Positions 47,537 to 57,600 of a stretch of DNA of 64,000 nt are shown piece after piece. The notes under the pieces are model-generated. The model worked only from the letters and a program-made list of their open reading frames with translations, made no database searches and had not been told where the DNA came from. The stretch's first letter is position 1. Each line of letters opens with the position of its first letter. A program made the translations under genes and the position numbers. The DNA comes from Candidatus Bathyarchaeota archaeon (GTDB taxonomy: Archaea > Thermoproteota > Bathyarchaeia > Bathyarchaeales > Bathycorpusculaceae). Location: the NCBI GenBank assembly GCA_963722095.1, contig CAVRJR010000002.1, forward strand, positions 129,141 through 193,140, given 5' to 3'.

Positions 47537-49627
47537 ATGAATAAATCACGGTTAAGCATAGTCTTAATAGCCTTAATGGTTAGTTCGTTGGTTTTATTTG
47601 GCACTGGCTCAGGTAACGGGCATATGTATGCTTTTGGTGCAATTCCTTTGGCTGCTCCGAGCGTGTCTGCTTCGCCTGGTGCAGTGGATCAGGGTCAGAC
47701 TAGCAGTTTGACCTCTACTGCAGTGACGTCGGGCACTTCTCCTTACATGTATCAGTGGTTTGAGATGGCTCCTGGCGGAAGCTACGCTAAGGTAGGTACG
47801 AATTCTACGAGTTACAACTTTGCGACCGCGGGTTCTACGACTGCGGGTAGTTGGAGTTTCATTCTTCAGGTGAATGACAGCGCGAGTGCAGCGATAAATT
47901 CTACTGCGGTTTCTGTTACGGTGGATTCTGCTTTGGTTGCTTTGACTGTGACGCCTGTTCCTGCCGTGGTTGATCAGGGTCAAACTAGTAGCTTGACTTC
48001 TACGGCTGTTTCGACTGGCAGTGGCGGGTATATTTATCATTGGATGGAGATGGCTCCTGGCGGAAGCTACGTTGCGGTGGGTACGAATTCAGCGAGTTTC
48101 AGTTTTGTTACTTCTGCTTCTACAGCTACGGGTGTTTGGAGCTTTAAGCTTCAGGTAACTGACAGTACGGGTGCAACGATAAATTCCACTGCGACCACGA
48201 TTAAGGTGGATTCTGCTCTTGTTGCCCCGGCGGTGACATCTGCTCCGGTTAAGGTTTACCAAGGCCAGACTTCGGTTTTGTCCTCTTCTGTAGTGACTAC
48301 TGGATCTGGGGGTTACACGTATCAGTGGTTTGCGAAGACTTCAAACGGAAGCTACGCTGAAGTTGGTACGGATACTACGAGTTACAACTTTAGCACTACG
48401 AAGTCTACGACTACGGGTAGTTGGAGTTTCATACTTAAGGTAACTGACAGTACAGGTGCAGCGATGAATTCCACTGCGGCATTAGTGACTGTTAATGCGC
48501 GTGCTACACTGCCCCTTTTGGCAATTTACCTGTTGATTATCATCGTCATAATAGCGGTGGTCCTAATAGTAATCCTGTTTGCTTGGCGCAAGCGCGCCCG
48601 TAAAGTAAGCGCAAAGAAAAATCAACCCGCCGATGAAGCTATTCAGAAGAAACAACCCGCCAATGTCGGTGTTGAGGTAGCCAAAGTTGAGATTGCTGAT
48701 AATACAGTGAAGTTTTTTGTTGCAAAAGGGCGCACTAAAAAAAGGTGGGTTATTGTTAAGGAAATTCCTGTTCTTGAGATAGAGCACATTGAAAGTTCCG
48801 ACAACCAGTTAACCGTCACATGGAAAGGCGTCGCTGACTCGTTTTATTCAAAGGATAAAACTGGCTCGTTCACCGCGCTGGTGGAGCAGGTCAACGGGAT
48901 ACTTGAAGAACAACGCGCAAACCAACAGAAAACAGCCGAAGAAAACGAGAAAAACAGCCAAAGAAGAACCGAGTTGGAGGCGGTGGTCAACAAATTAATC
49001 CTCATAGTTGACTCATCGTTCGACGTGCTGATTGGGCTGCAGGATAAGCGGATAGGCTGGCAGCAGATAGAAGTCTTCGCAAACGGGTTGAGCGAAAACC
49101 TGAATTTCACTGGGCAAAGCATTCCGCCTCTGACGTTGGAGTACTCGAAAATCGGATCCGCTGTGAAAGCGCAGGTGCCGAGGGATGCTTCAAAGGAAGC
49201 GTACGACATCTTGAAAGCAGCTTTCGGGTACTTCGACGGTTTAAAGCCTGAAGAAGACATCAAAGAGAACCCGCTGAATTTTCAGACGACCAAAACATTG
49301 ATTTCCGCGTATTTCATGTTAAACGACCTTTTGCTGGGCAGGTTCGTAGGCGACAAAAACAACAGCAGAGAAATCGGCGAGCTTGAAGCGGCGCTGCAAA
49401 GTTTGGCTGAGGTTAACTTCAAAGTTGATGTTGAAGCGCTTAAGGGCAGCATCGGCGTAGAGGGCGAAAAGCAAACTGTCATTGATGAAAGCCGCGCAGT
49501 TTTCAAGGAACAGCTGAAGAAGCTTTCTGAGCTTGCCTTCATAGTGAAAGAAAGTTCTGTTCAAGCTTCAGAAACTCAGCCCTTAGAAGAGTCGCCTTCG
49601 GAAGACTTGCAGCCGCTGGTATCGTAA
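47537..49627 (+). CDS. single-pass membrane protein: three Ig-like repeats, TM helix and cytoplasmic beta/helical domain
   Basis: signal peptide; three ~95-aa repeats (285-bp period) QGQTS..YxYxW..GSWSFILxVTDS; TM LAIYLLIIIVIIAVVLIVILF then WRKR. Confidence 0.85.
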   Translation: MNKSRLSIVLIALMVSSLVLFGTGSGNGHMYAFGAIPLAAPSVSASPGAVDQGQTSSLTSTAVTSGTSPYMYQWFEMAPGGSYAKVGTNSTSYNFATAGSTTAGSWSFILQVNDSASAAINSTAVSVTVDSALVALTVTPVPAVVDQGQTSSLTSTAVSTGSGGYIYHWMEMAPGGSYVAVGTNSASFSFVTSASTATGVWSFKLQVTDSTGATINSTATTIKVDSALVAPAVTSAPVKVYQGQTSVLSSSVVTTGSGGYTYQWFAKTSNGSYAEVGTDTTSYNFSTTKSTTTGSWSFILKVTDSTGAAMNSTAALVTVNARATLPLLAIYLLIIIVIIAVVLIVILFAWRKRARKVSAKKNQPADEAIQKKQPANVGVEVAKVEIADNTVKFFVAKGRTKKRWVIVKEIPVLEIEHIESSDNQLTVTWKGVADSFYSKDKTGSFTALVEQVNGILEEQRANQQKTAEENEKNSQRRTELEAVVNKLILIVDSSFDVLIGLQDKRIGWQQIEVFANGLSENLNFTGQSIPPLTLEYSKIGSAVKAQVPRDASKEAYDILKAAFGYFDGLKPEEDIKENPLNFQTTKTLISAYFMLNDLLLGRFVGDKNNSREIGELEAALQSLAEVNFKVDVEALKGSIGVEGEKQTVIDESRAVFKEQLKKLSELAFIVKESSVQASETQPLEESPSEDLQPLVS

Positions 49628-49759
49628 ACCTTCAGATATTAGAAAAGATAATTAGCAATACGTATGGATATGACTCTACTGCGATATTACTTGAAGATTC
49701 GCTAGCTTTATCTATAAAGCATCTCAATATGGAGTCCAGACAAGTGGGGGATAAGTAGA

Positions 49760-50323
49760 TTGGCGAAGAATCCACAATCAAAGGATGACTCATTAGAAGC
49801 CTTAGATTTTATCGTAAACGTCCTAAAAGAACATGAAAAAGACCTGGACAAACTGATTAACGAGTTAGCAACTGTAACCGAGCAGCTTGGGGAAACAGGC
49901 GACCTCGGCGGCAAAGTAGAAAAAGTCGAAGAGAAAATGACCAGTTTACAGAAGGAAGTCACCAACCTGATGAGTTACATTTCAGGCGTCGGACCCAGAG
50001 AAGCATTACCGACGGCAGCCAATGAGCCACCGCAAACGATGCCGGTAGCTTCGCTGACACAAACGCAAACGGGCGGTCCATCAGTGATTTTGAAGTGCAA
50101 GCAATGGGAAGACTTCCAAAACTTAGCGTTCCAAGCTCAAACCCTGTCTTTCAGCTACAAGGAAGAAGACAAAACATTCCAAGCAGATGCATTGAAAGGA
50201 AACAAAATAATTACCTACAGCGGCACGCTTCCAAAGTTCTCGCAGATTCTAAAAGCTTGGCTTTCAAAGGAACTCAACATTCAGGAAAAAAGCATACTTG
50301 AAGGCGTCTTAGCTATAGGCTAA
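49760..50323 (+). CDS. hypothetical protein with an N-terminal coiled coil
   Basis: EALDFIVNVLKEHEKDLDKLINEL heptads, linker, alpha/beta C-terminal domain. Confidence 0.75.
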   Translation: MAKNPQSKDDSLEALDFIVNVLKEHEKDLDKLINELATVTEQLGETGDLGGKVEKVEEKMTSLQKEVTNLMSYISGVGPREALPTAANEPPQTMPVASLTQTQTGGPSVILKCKQWEDFQNLAFQAQTLSFSYKEEDKTFQADALKGNKIITYSGTLPKFSQILKAWLSKELNIQEKSILEGVLAIG

Positions 50324-50824
50324 ATCTGAATCCCCAATTCCTAACGCTTATATTCACTTTGAAGCAACTTAGCTCTTGTCAGTGATGGAGGGCTAGTTGA
50401 GGTTGAAGGCTAAACCACTAAGCCAAAAAGTTTTTTCCGTTTTCGAAGCCTTCTCCTTTCTCCTCGATGACGGATGGCAATGGTAGCCAACATACAAGAC
50501 AGCCCTCCAACACCAACATTCTAAGCAAAATTCGGTCTACAGATACCAAACCGTAGCAGGGCGGCAGGTGGTTAACTGTACCAAACCTTATATCCAATCG
50601 GCAACATCGTAGATTCAGGTTGATTTGTATGGCTGTAGACGTTTCAAGAACAAAGAAACCGAAGCTGCCCAAAAAGCGGTTGCTTAAGAAAATAAATAGA
50701 AGATAAACACCCAATCAAGCGCCGCCTTCTGCTAGCCTTCCGACGATTAGCGTTAATCAGGCTAAACGCTGTCAGTTCTTCCAGCAGAAAAGTCATTTAA
50801 AAAATAGAGTAGTTAGGGAAAATA

Positions 50825-51377
50825 GAACTCCCCGAGGCAAGCCTCGGGGTTCTCCGCCTTAGCCGCGCTATTCCTCTTGTTCTTCGCGTATGTAATGCCT
50901 AACCGCTTCCAGGTCTAATCCGCCAACGGTGTTTACGCAGTACCCACTCGCCCACAAGCTCCCATTCCACAAAAACTTCTTAATCTCCGGAAACTCCTCA
51001 AACAAAGCCCTCGCCGTCAAACTCTTCAAAGTTCTAACCACATCAGGCAACGCATTTCTAGGCTCCAGCCTCACCAGCAAATGTATATGGTCTGGGTTAA
51101 CCTTAAGCTCGTCAACGCCATACCCGTACTTCTCAGCCACTTCAACAATAACCTGCCTGGCTCTCTCACCCACCTTGCCCTCCAACACATGCCTGCGGTA
51201 CTTTGGGATCCAAACAATGTGGTAGTAAAGGTTGTGGACGGTATGAGCTCCCGCATCCATCTCCATGCCATTCTCGCCGTAGCAGGGGTAGAGCCACGGA
51301 CAGCTTTAAGGTTTCGACGTTGGCGTTAAGTGGGGGAATTCACCCCCGGGGCAAGCCCCGGGGTTCTCTTCCCCCAC
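50825..51377 (-). mobile_element. IS200-type insertion sequence (TnpA only) with subterminal hairpins; exact ends approximate
   Basis: hairpins CCCCGAGGC-AA-GCCTCGGGG (50830-50849) and CCCCGGGGC-AA-GCCCCGGGG (51344-51363) flank tnpA. Confidence 0.85.
50868..51266 (-). CDS. tnpA: IS200/IS605 family Y1 (HUH) transposase
   Basis: YHIVWIPKYRR, DHIHLL, LKSLTAR, LWASGY, catalytic YI..Q. Confidence 0.95.
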   Translation of the reverse strand: MEMDAGAHTVHNLYYHIVWIPKYRRHVLEGKVGERARQVIVEVAEKYGYGVDELKVNPDHIHLLVRLEPRNALPDVVRTLKSLTARALFEEFPEIKKFLWNGSLWASGYCVNTVGGLDLEAVRHYIREEQEE

Positions 51378-51403
51378 ACCCAGAAATAGACGCCAATTCA
51401 GAA

Positions 51404-51919
51404 TTACTTGGGTGTTGTCAAGTACTTGAGGTGGAACGGTTTGATTACGATTCCAGTTTTCAAGTCAGCGTGGAAGGTTTGGCTTTCGACAACCCAGTCA
51501 GACAACTCTGAATCGTGAGCTCTTATGAACTCGGCGAAATTCGAGAAGTCTTCATGAAGTGAAATGCAGACTGCATCCCAACCCATGCCTCTTCCATCCA
51601 AAACCAATATTACGCTGGGCTGTTTCAGGTACCAATCCTTCATTTTCTGTAATGCTTCATTTTTCTCGTCGCCTGTCTTGAATTTGAGTTTGCTTTTTAG
51701 AAAAGTGAAGGCTGCTATCTCAAATCCTATTTGCCCAAACTTTGGGATAACTGTGTACCCTTCAATGAAGTTATCTTCAAGCATAGCTCTTCTTCGAGTA
51801 ACTGTAGGTTGGGATACACCTAGGGATTTGGCAAGTTGCCTATCGCTTCTATGTGAATCCTTCATTAACTCAAAAAGTATTTTGTAATCTATAGGTTTCA
51901 GTTCTTTCATTGCAACCAA
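51404..51919 (-). CDS. Lrp/AsnC family transcriptional regulator
   Basis: IDYKILFELMKDSHRSDRQLAKSLGVSQPTVTRRR..IEGYT. Confidence 0.9.
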   Translation of the reverse strand: MVAMKELKPIDYKILFELMKDSHRSDRQLAKSLGVSQPTVTRRRAMLEDNFIEGYTVIPKFGQIGFEIAAFTFLKSKLKFKTGDEKNEALQKMKDWYLKQPSVILVLDGRGMGWDAVCISLHEDFSNFAEFIRAHDSELSDWVVESQTFHADLKTGIVIKPFHLKYLTTPK

Positions 51920-52288
51920 CTTTTACCAAACATAGCGTTTTTGTTATCATATATAAATCTTGACAATAATTTTACACAAATTTGAAGGTGTTCAACATAG
52001 CAACATGTTGCATTGAATCATTCAATAAGGAGCTGTAAAACGTTCTCTTTGATTCCACTTTTCGGTCTATTCTTTTAGAGTTTTATATTCCGTTTATATT
52101 CCGTCATGGTTATTAACTGCAATAGCCCAACATTTCGCTTTAACGCTCCAAGTACAACTGCTAAATTGATGTTTACTGCTTGGGCACTCTTTTGGGCACA
52201 AAAAGCACCGAGTTAATTTAGGAGTTGCATAAAGAGATACTTTTAAGAGAAAAAGCAGGTATAGAACACGTTAGGAGACTCAAAGTAG

Positions 52289-53647
52289 ATGTCACCCCAA
52301 ATCTTAAGTGAAGTTGAAAAGGAAGTCACCGAACTCCTCTGTAACCTTATACGAATAAACACAACCAACCCCCCAGGCAACGAAACAGTCGCAGCAAACT
52401 ACATTGCCCGTTACTTGGGCAAAGATGGATTCAAGACAGAAGTTATTGAATCTGCGTCTGGAAGAGGCAGCGTAATTTCACGGCTCAAAGGCACAGGGGA
52501 AAAACCCAGCCTTCTTTTACTGTCACATCTTGATGTGGTTGCAGCTAACCCGCAAGAATGGACCGTTGAACCGTTTGCTGGGGTAGTTAAGGACGGCTAC
52601 GTTTACGGCAGAGGCGCCTACGACATGAAATCCATGACAGCCATCGAAATCATGGTCATGAAGCTTCTAAAGAAAAATCATGTTCATCTTAAAGGCGACG
52701 TGGTTTTGGCGGGCACCGCGGACGAGGAGCAGGGCGGAGAAGAGGGAGCAGGCTGGCTTCTGAGAAATTACAAGGAAAAGGTTTGGTGTCCCTTCGTCAT
52801 CAATGAGGGCGCAGGACTAGCTTTCGCGTCAAAGAAGGGTTATGTTTTCCCGGTGCAGACGGCAGAGAAAGGGATAATTTGGCTCAGGGTAAAGGCGAAG
52901 GGGACGCCTGGTCACGGCTCGATCCCTAACACGGCAGACAACGCCGTGCTGCGGATGAACAAGGTTGTCGATAGACTCGGGAATTACAAAGCCCAAACTG
53001 TCTATGTACATACCTTAAGAGAGTTCCTTGCCGAAATGGGAAAACAAGACCCCGAACTGCAAAAAACTTTTTCCCATTTGCTCGATGAACCAGAGCGAAG
53101 CGAACAGATTTTGGATGAATTGGCGAAGAAAGACAGGGCGTTAGCTGAAGAAATTCGTCCTCGAATAAAAATGACCATTGCCCCCACGATGATTCGGGGA
53201 GGCGTCAGAGAAAACATTATTCCTTCAGAATGCGAGGCGGTGTTTGATTGCAGAATTCTTCCTGGGCAAAACGTCGATGAAACCGTGGCTTTAATCAAGG
53301 GTTTGCTCAAAGACGTTGGATTAGACAAGCTTACTTTCGAGTTCATTCAGATTCATGGCGGTTCAGAATCGCCGACAGATAATCCACTGTATGGCGCACT
53401 CAGCGATGTTCTGAAGGAGTTTGAAAACGTCGCAGGGGTCACCCCGACGCTGACTACGGGAGGCACGGATTCACGGTACTTCAGGGAAATGGGAAGCGTA
53501 TGCTACGGTATCCAACCCATGATTCCTGATGAACCAAACGATCAACTGGAAAGAAGAATGCACGGGATCGACGAACGCATAACAATCGAAAATCTTGTTT
53601 TCGGAACAAGCGTGCTATACGAAGCCGTGAAGCGGTTCATGAGCTAA
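52289..53647 (+). CDS. M20/M25/M40 family metallo-hydrolase
   Basis: SHLDVV, GRGAYDMK, ADEE, GHGS, GGTDSRYF, HGIDE. Confidence 0.92.
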   Translation: MSPQILSEVEKEVTELLCNLIRINTTNPPGNETVAANYIARYLGKDGFKTEVIESASGRGSVISRLKGTGEKPSLLLLSHLDVVAANPQEWTVEPFAGVVKDGYVYGRGAYDMKSMTAIEIMVMKLLKKNHVHLKGDVVLAGTADEEQGGEEGAGWLLRNYKEKVWCPFVINEGAGLAFASKKGYVFPVQTAEKGIIWLRVKAKGTPGHGSIPNTADNAVLRMNKVVDRLGNYKAQTVYVHTLREFLAEMGKQDPELQKTFSHLLDEPERSEQILDELAKKDRALAEEIRPRIKMTIAPTMIRGGVRENIIPSECEAVFDCRILPGQNVDETVALIKGLLKDVGLDKLTFEFIQIHGGSESPTDNPLYGALSDVLKEFENVAGVTPTLTTGGTDSRYFREMGSVCYGIQPMIPDEPNDQLERRMHGIDERITIENLVFGTSVLYEAVKRFMS

Positions 53648-53678
53648 AAGCTGAAACTTCGCTTTTTTGGGACAACAG

Positions 53679-53936
53679 CTACTTCCTTTTCTGCATGAGC
53701 GAACGAATGCTTGAGAACGCGATGTACAGAAGATAAAAGGCGCAGAAGAAAGTCAATCCTATCTCAGAGTTCAAAATTATTGGGTTCTTTTCGATTCCCA
53801 GGAAGGCGCCTTGAGAGGATATTCTAAGAAAGACTAGAAATTGGAGAAACACGCTTCCCGCCAGGCAACCGATGCCTGCGCTGTGAAAAGCCAGCTTTAA
53901 ACCAAAAGCATGGCTGGTGGGCTTGCCATTTGCCAT
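53679..53936 (-). CDS. small two-TM membrane protein
   Basis: two hydrophobic helices; GAGG upstream. Confidence 0.65.
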   Translation of the reverse strand: MANGKPTSHAFGLKLAFHSAGIGCLAGSVFLQFLVFLRISSQGAFLGIEKNPIILNSEIGLTFFCAFYLLYIAFSSIRSLMQKRK

Positions 53937-54148
53937 TGTTTAAAAATCCTCTTAGCTCATTTAGGAAAAAGCAGTTGAAAGAACAGAAGTGAGCCGTTTA
54001 TCATAAAGATTTGTTGTAGTCAAATGTTACTCACTTATCGATTGTCAATTAACTTTTTTTCTCGACACATTGAATCGTTGCTCAAGCAAAAGCTGCTTGA
54101 TATGCAAAAACTTAAAATTGCATGTCGGCGAAGTGAATCGGGGTAAAA

Positions 54149-54529
54149 ATGCCAAGAAAATCTCTCGCTTTAGCGCTTGTCGCAGTATTGGTATTCTCTA
54201 TGTCTTTTGCGTTTGTCCTGCCAAATGTACTTGGCCCCGCGAAAACAAGCAATTCCGAGAAATACGCAGGTTACATCCAGCTTCAACTCTACAACAACAC
54301 AAACTATCAAGGACAAATCGGAAGCTACAACTACGTCTTCATTTACTATCCGACAACAAACGTCAAAGGCCAAACAGTTGAAGGATCCCTCTCAGTATAC
54401 AGACAAGGCATCGCAACTCCCACAGCGTTCCCACTAACCACAAATACATCGCACGATTATTATGGAATAACGTTTGCCATAACAAAAATCAGCGACAACT
54501 ACATCACCGTGATGGTAAAAGCGATCTAA
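54149..54529 (+). CDS. secreted or membrane-anchored hypothetical protein
   Basis: N-terminal signal/TM region, beta-rich domain. Confidence 0.7.
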   Translation: MPRKSLALALVAVLVFSMSFAFVLPNVLGPAKTSNSEKYAGYIQLQLYNNTNYQGQIGSYNYVFIYYPTTNVKGQTVEGSLSVYRQGIATPTAFPLTTNTSHDYYGITFAITKISDNYITVMVKAI

Positions 54530-54668
54530 AAACCCAGAAAAAACGCGAAGATAGAAAAAAAAAGAAAACTATTTTAACTTTTGCTAAACAAAAAAGAAAT
54601 GCTGATTTTTCTTCCCAAAAAAGGAAGAAAATTTGGGGTTTTGGGGAAGTTGGTTGTGTTCGGCGGTT

Positions 54669-57600
54669 TTATTGGGCTTTTTGGCGTCGTCTGCTGAGCA
54701 TGAGACCTGCTGCTGCGACTACTACGGCAACTACGACTACGATTGTGACCACGTACCATAGTGTGTTTGAAGTTGGCGGAGGCGTAGGTGATGGAGTTAT
54801 TGTTGGTGTCGGTGTCACGAAGGTTATTTTGACTTGGTGTGTGCTGAAGTGTGTTGTGAACCAGACGTAGTAGTTTGTTCCGTCTTGGCTGAAGCCTTGG
54901 TTTGCTGATAGTTGACCGTCTATGTAGACCGACGGGGTGTTGCCTAAGGGTATCATTGACTTTGGAAGTGTAATGTTGACGAAGCCTGAGGTTCCGCTTT
55001 GCCCGGTTATTGTGAAGGTTACTTGTGTTGTTGAGTCGCTTGGTATAGGTGTGATTGTCAGGTCAGACAGGGTTGCGTTGCCGACGTATTGCACGCTGTA
55101 AGTTGAGTTGGTGGAGGTTACAGTTGCTTGTACTGTGACAGGTACCGTTAAGCTGATGGGTGCGAAGCTTGCAGTGATCGTGTGACCGCCCTGAATGCTG
55201 CTGAATTCGTATGATGTTGGGGCTCCAACTGAGGAGCCGTCAACTTTAACGTCTGTGATGTAGAATCCTGAGGTTGGGGTTATAGTGAAGGTTTTGCTTG
55301 AACCGTAGTCTACAGTGCTTGTGCCGGGGCTTATTGTTCCATCGTTGGATTGAGTCACCTTAATCTGGTAGGTTATCAACGCGAAGTTGGCGGTGACCGT
55401 TCCAGGTCCGCTTACCGTTACTGTTGTGTATGATGAAGTTGCGCTGGCGATTTGGTTTGATGAGCTTGACCAGGAGCTGAATGTGTATCCAGTGCTTGTT
55501 GAGCTCGATATGGAGATTGTGCCAACGGTTTCCCATTGCGTGCCTGTGGGTGAGACTGATCCGCCTGCTGAGGGGCTAACGTTGAAGGTGATTTGGTATT
55601 GGTGAGTGTATAAGGGCACGATGGTAAGTGTGGCTGAGACTGTTCCGATTATGCCGTTTGATGGAACCCACTGTTGAGTGCCGCTTGTGATGGTGTTGTT
55701 GACGGCCCATGTTGAGCCTGCATCTAACCAAGGTGACTGCGTGGTTGTCGTTAAGGTCAAGCTGAAGGCACTGCTTCCGAATTGGGTTCCAGTTAGGATT
55801 ATGCTGGAGGTTGGTGTCGAGTTGTCTGATGTGGTGTAGTTGGCTGGGATTTTGTACTGGTTGTAGTATGATGGGTTAGTTGTTGTGGCTGCAGTTACTG
55901 ATGAGAGTACAGTGTAGGTTCCTGCGTCCGCTGAAGTTACAATCCACCGTTCGTTGCTGCTAACTATGGGGCTGTTGTATGTGACTGCGGAGTTAGCGTC
56001 GGACCAAACTGTACTTGTAGCGCCGGTGGCCGGAGTAGCGGTAGCAGCACTACCAAACGTAGTGTACGACACAATGTTGGTTATTGTGGGCGAGCCGGCA
56101 GGAGTGTTAGCAATCGAATACTCCAAAGTCAACAGGAACTGGTGGTAATATGTTGGATTCACTGTCTGAGCGCTTGTGACTGCTGATAGCACAGGTGCGC
56201 CTGGTGTCCCGCCTAATGCGACGACAGATCCTGCACCGTAGCTTGTTATCCAGCGTTGACTGCTTGTTGAGCCGCCAAGTCCTGCAAATGATGGATACGT
56301 GTAGTAAACAATTGAATAACCGGCTGCACCTTCATCTACCCAATTACTGCTTGAACTGTCCGTTGAAGCAGCTTGGCTTTGATATGTGCCATATTGCAAG
56401 TAATTAGCGGTTGGAGACGTTGGATTACCGCCGCCAGATACTGTGTAGCTGAAAGTCAGATAGTACTGGTGATAGTAGTAGGGTGAGATGGTGACCGCGC
56501 TGTTAACGGTGCCAGTAGTGCCTGAAGTTGCAGCCCAGCGTTCAGTGCCAGAACCAGCAACGATCGGGTGACCGTTGTTTACGGACCAGGGATCGTTGGC
56601 GTCAAGCCAGCCTGTTTGAGCGGTGGTGGTTAGCGTCAACTGGTAGCCGTCGTTGCCAAACTGGTAGCCTCGTAGAAGGACGGTTGCGGAGGGTGTGCTG
56701 CCGTCTGAGGTGCTGTAGCTAGCTGTGAATTCATATTGGTGGTAGTACACTGGAGCAATCGTGACGGCGCCGTTTGCTGTGCCAGAACCTATGTTGGCAT
56801 CCCAACGTTCTGTTCCAGAGCCAGCAGTGACAACAGTGGGTTGCAGTGACCATGCGCCAGGAGCATCAATCCATAGCTGCTGAGGAGTAGTTGTCAGATA
56901 AATCTGTCCTGTCCATGAGCCAAAACGCCACGCGTCCAATTGTATGCTTCCAGGCAGTGTACTGCCGTCGGAGGTGCTGTAGCTTACGGTGACCTCAAAC
57001 TGGTGATAGTAGGCTATTGTTAAGGAGTAGGAGCTTGAAACCGTTTGGCTGCCGCTTGAGAGAGTGTACCATCGTTCTGTTGTGGCGCTTGTTACAATGT
57101 TTGTTGGGTAGGTAAGGGTTGTTCCAGCGTCAAGCCATGCAGATTGTGGTGAAGTTGTTAAGGTCAAAGTGAAACCGGTGTTGCCGAACTGGGTGCCGCT
57201 TAAGACGATGTTGCTTGAGGGCATCGTGCTGTCTGAAATGCTGTAGCTTGCTGTTATGAGGTATTGGTGATAGTAGGTGTAAGCGATTGTTTGAGTGGCG
57301 GAGACGGTGCCTGATGTGGGTGACTGGTTTGTTTGCCAACGTTCAGTGCTGCCTGAGCCAGTAAGCAGGTTAGTCACAGTCCATGAAGCGCCATTGTCAA
57401 GCCAATAAGCCGTAGCCGTACCCGTCAAAGACGGAGTATAAGCAACGCCAAACTGCGTAGACGTTAGAGTCGGAGCAGTCGGAGAGCCGCCACCACTCAC
57501 AGAGTAGCTCAACGTGAACGCAAACTGGTGATAGTACAGCGGGGATATCGTTACGACGTTAGTGTATGATAGTACACCTGTGTATGCTTGGACAGTTTGC

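Noticed and set aside
50418-50714. 98-aa minus-strand ORF next to the IS200 element
   Set aside because: No motif; not TnpB-like; may be a decayed membrane-protein fragment, but I cannot support a call.
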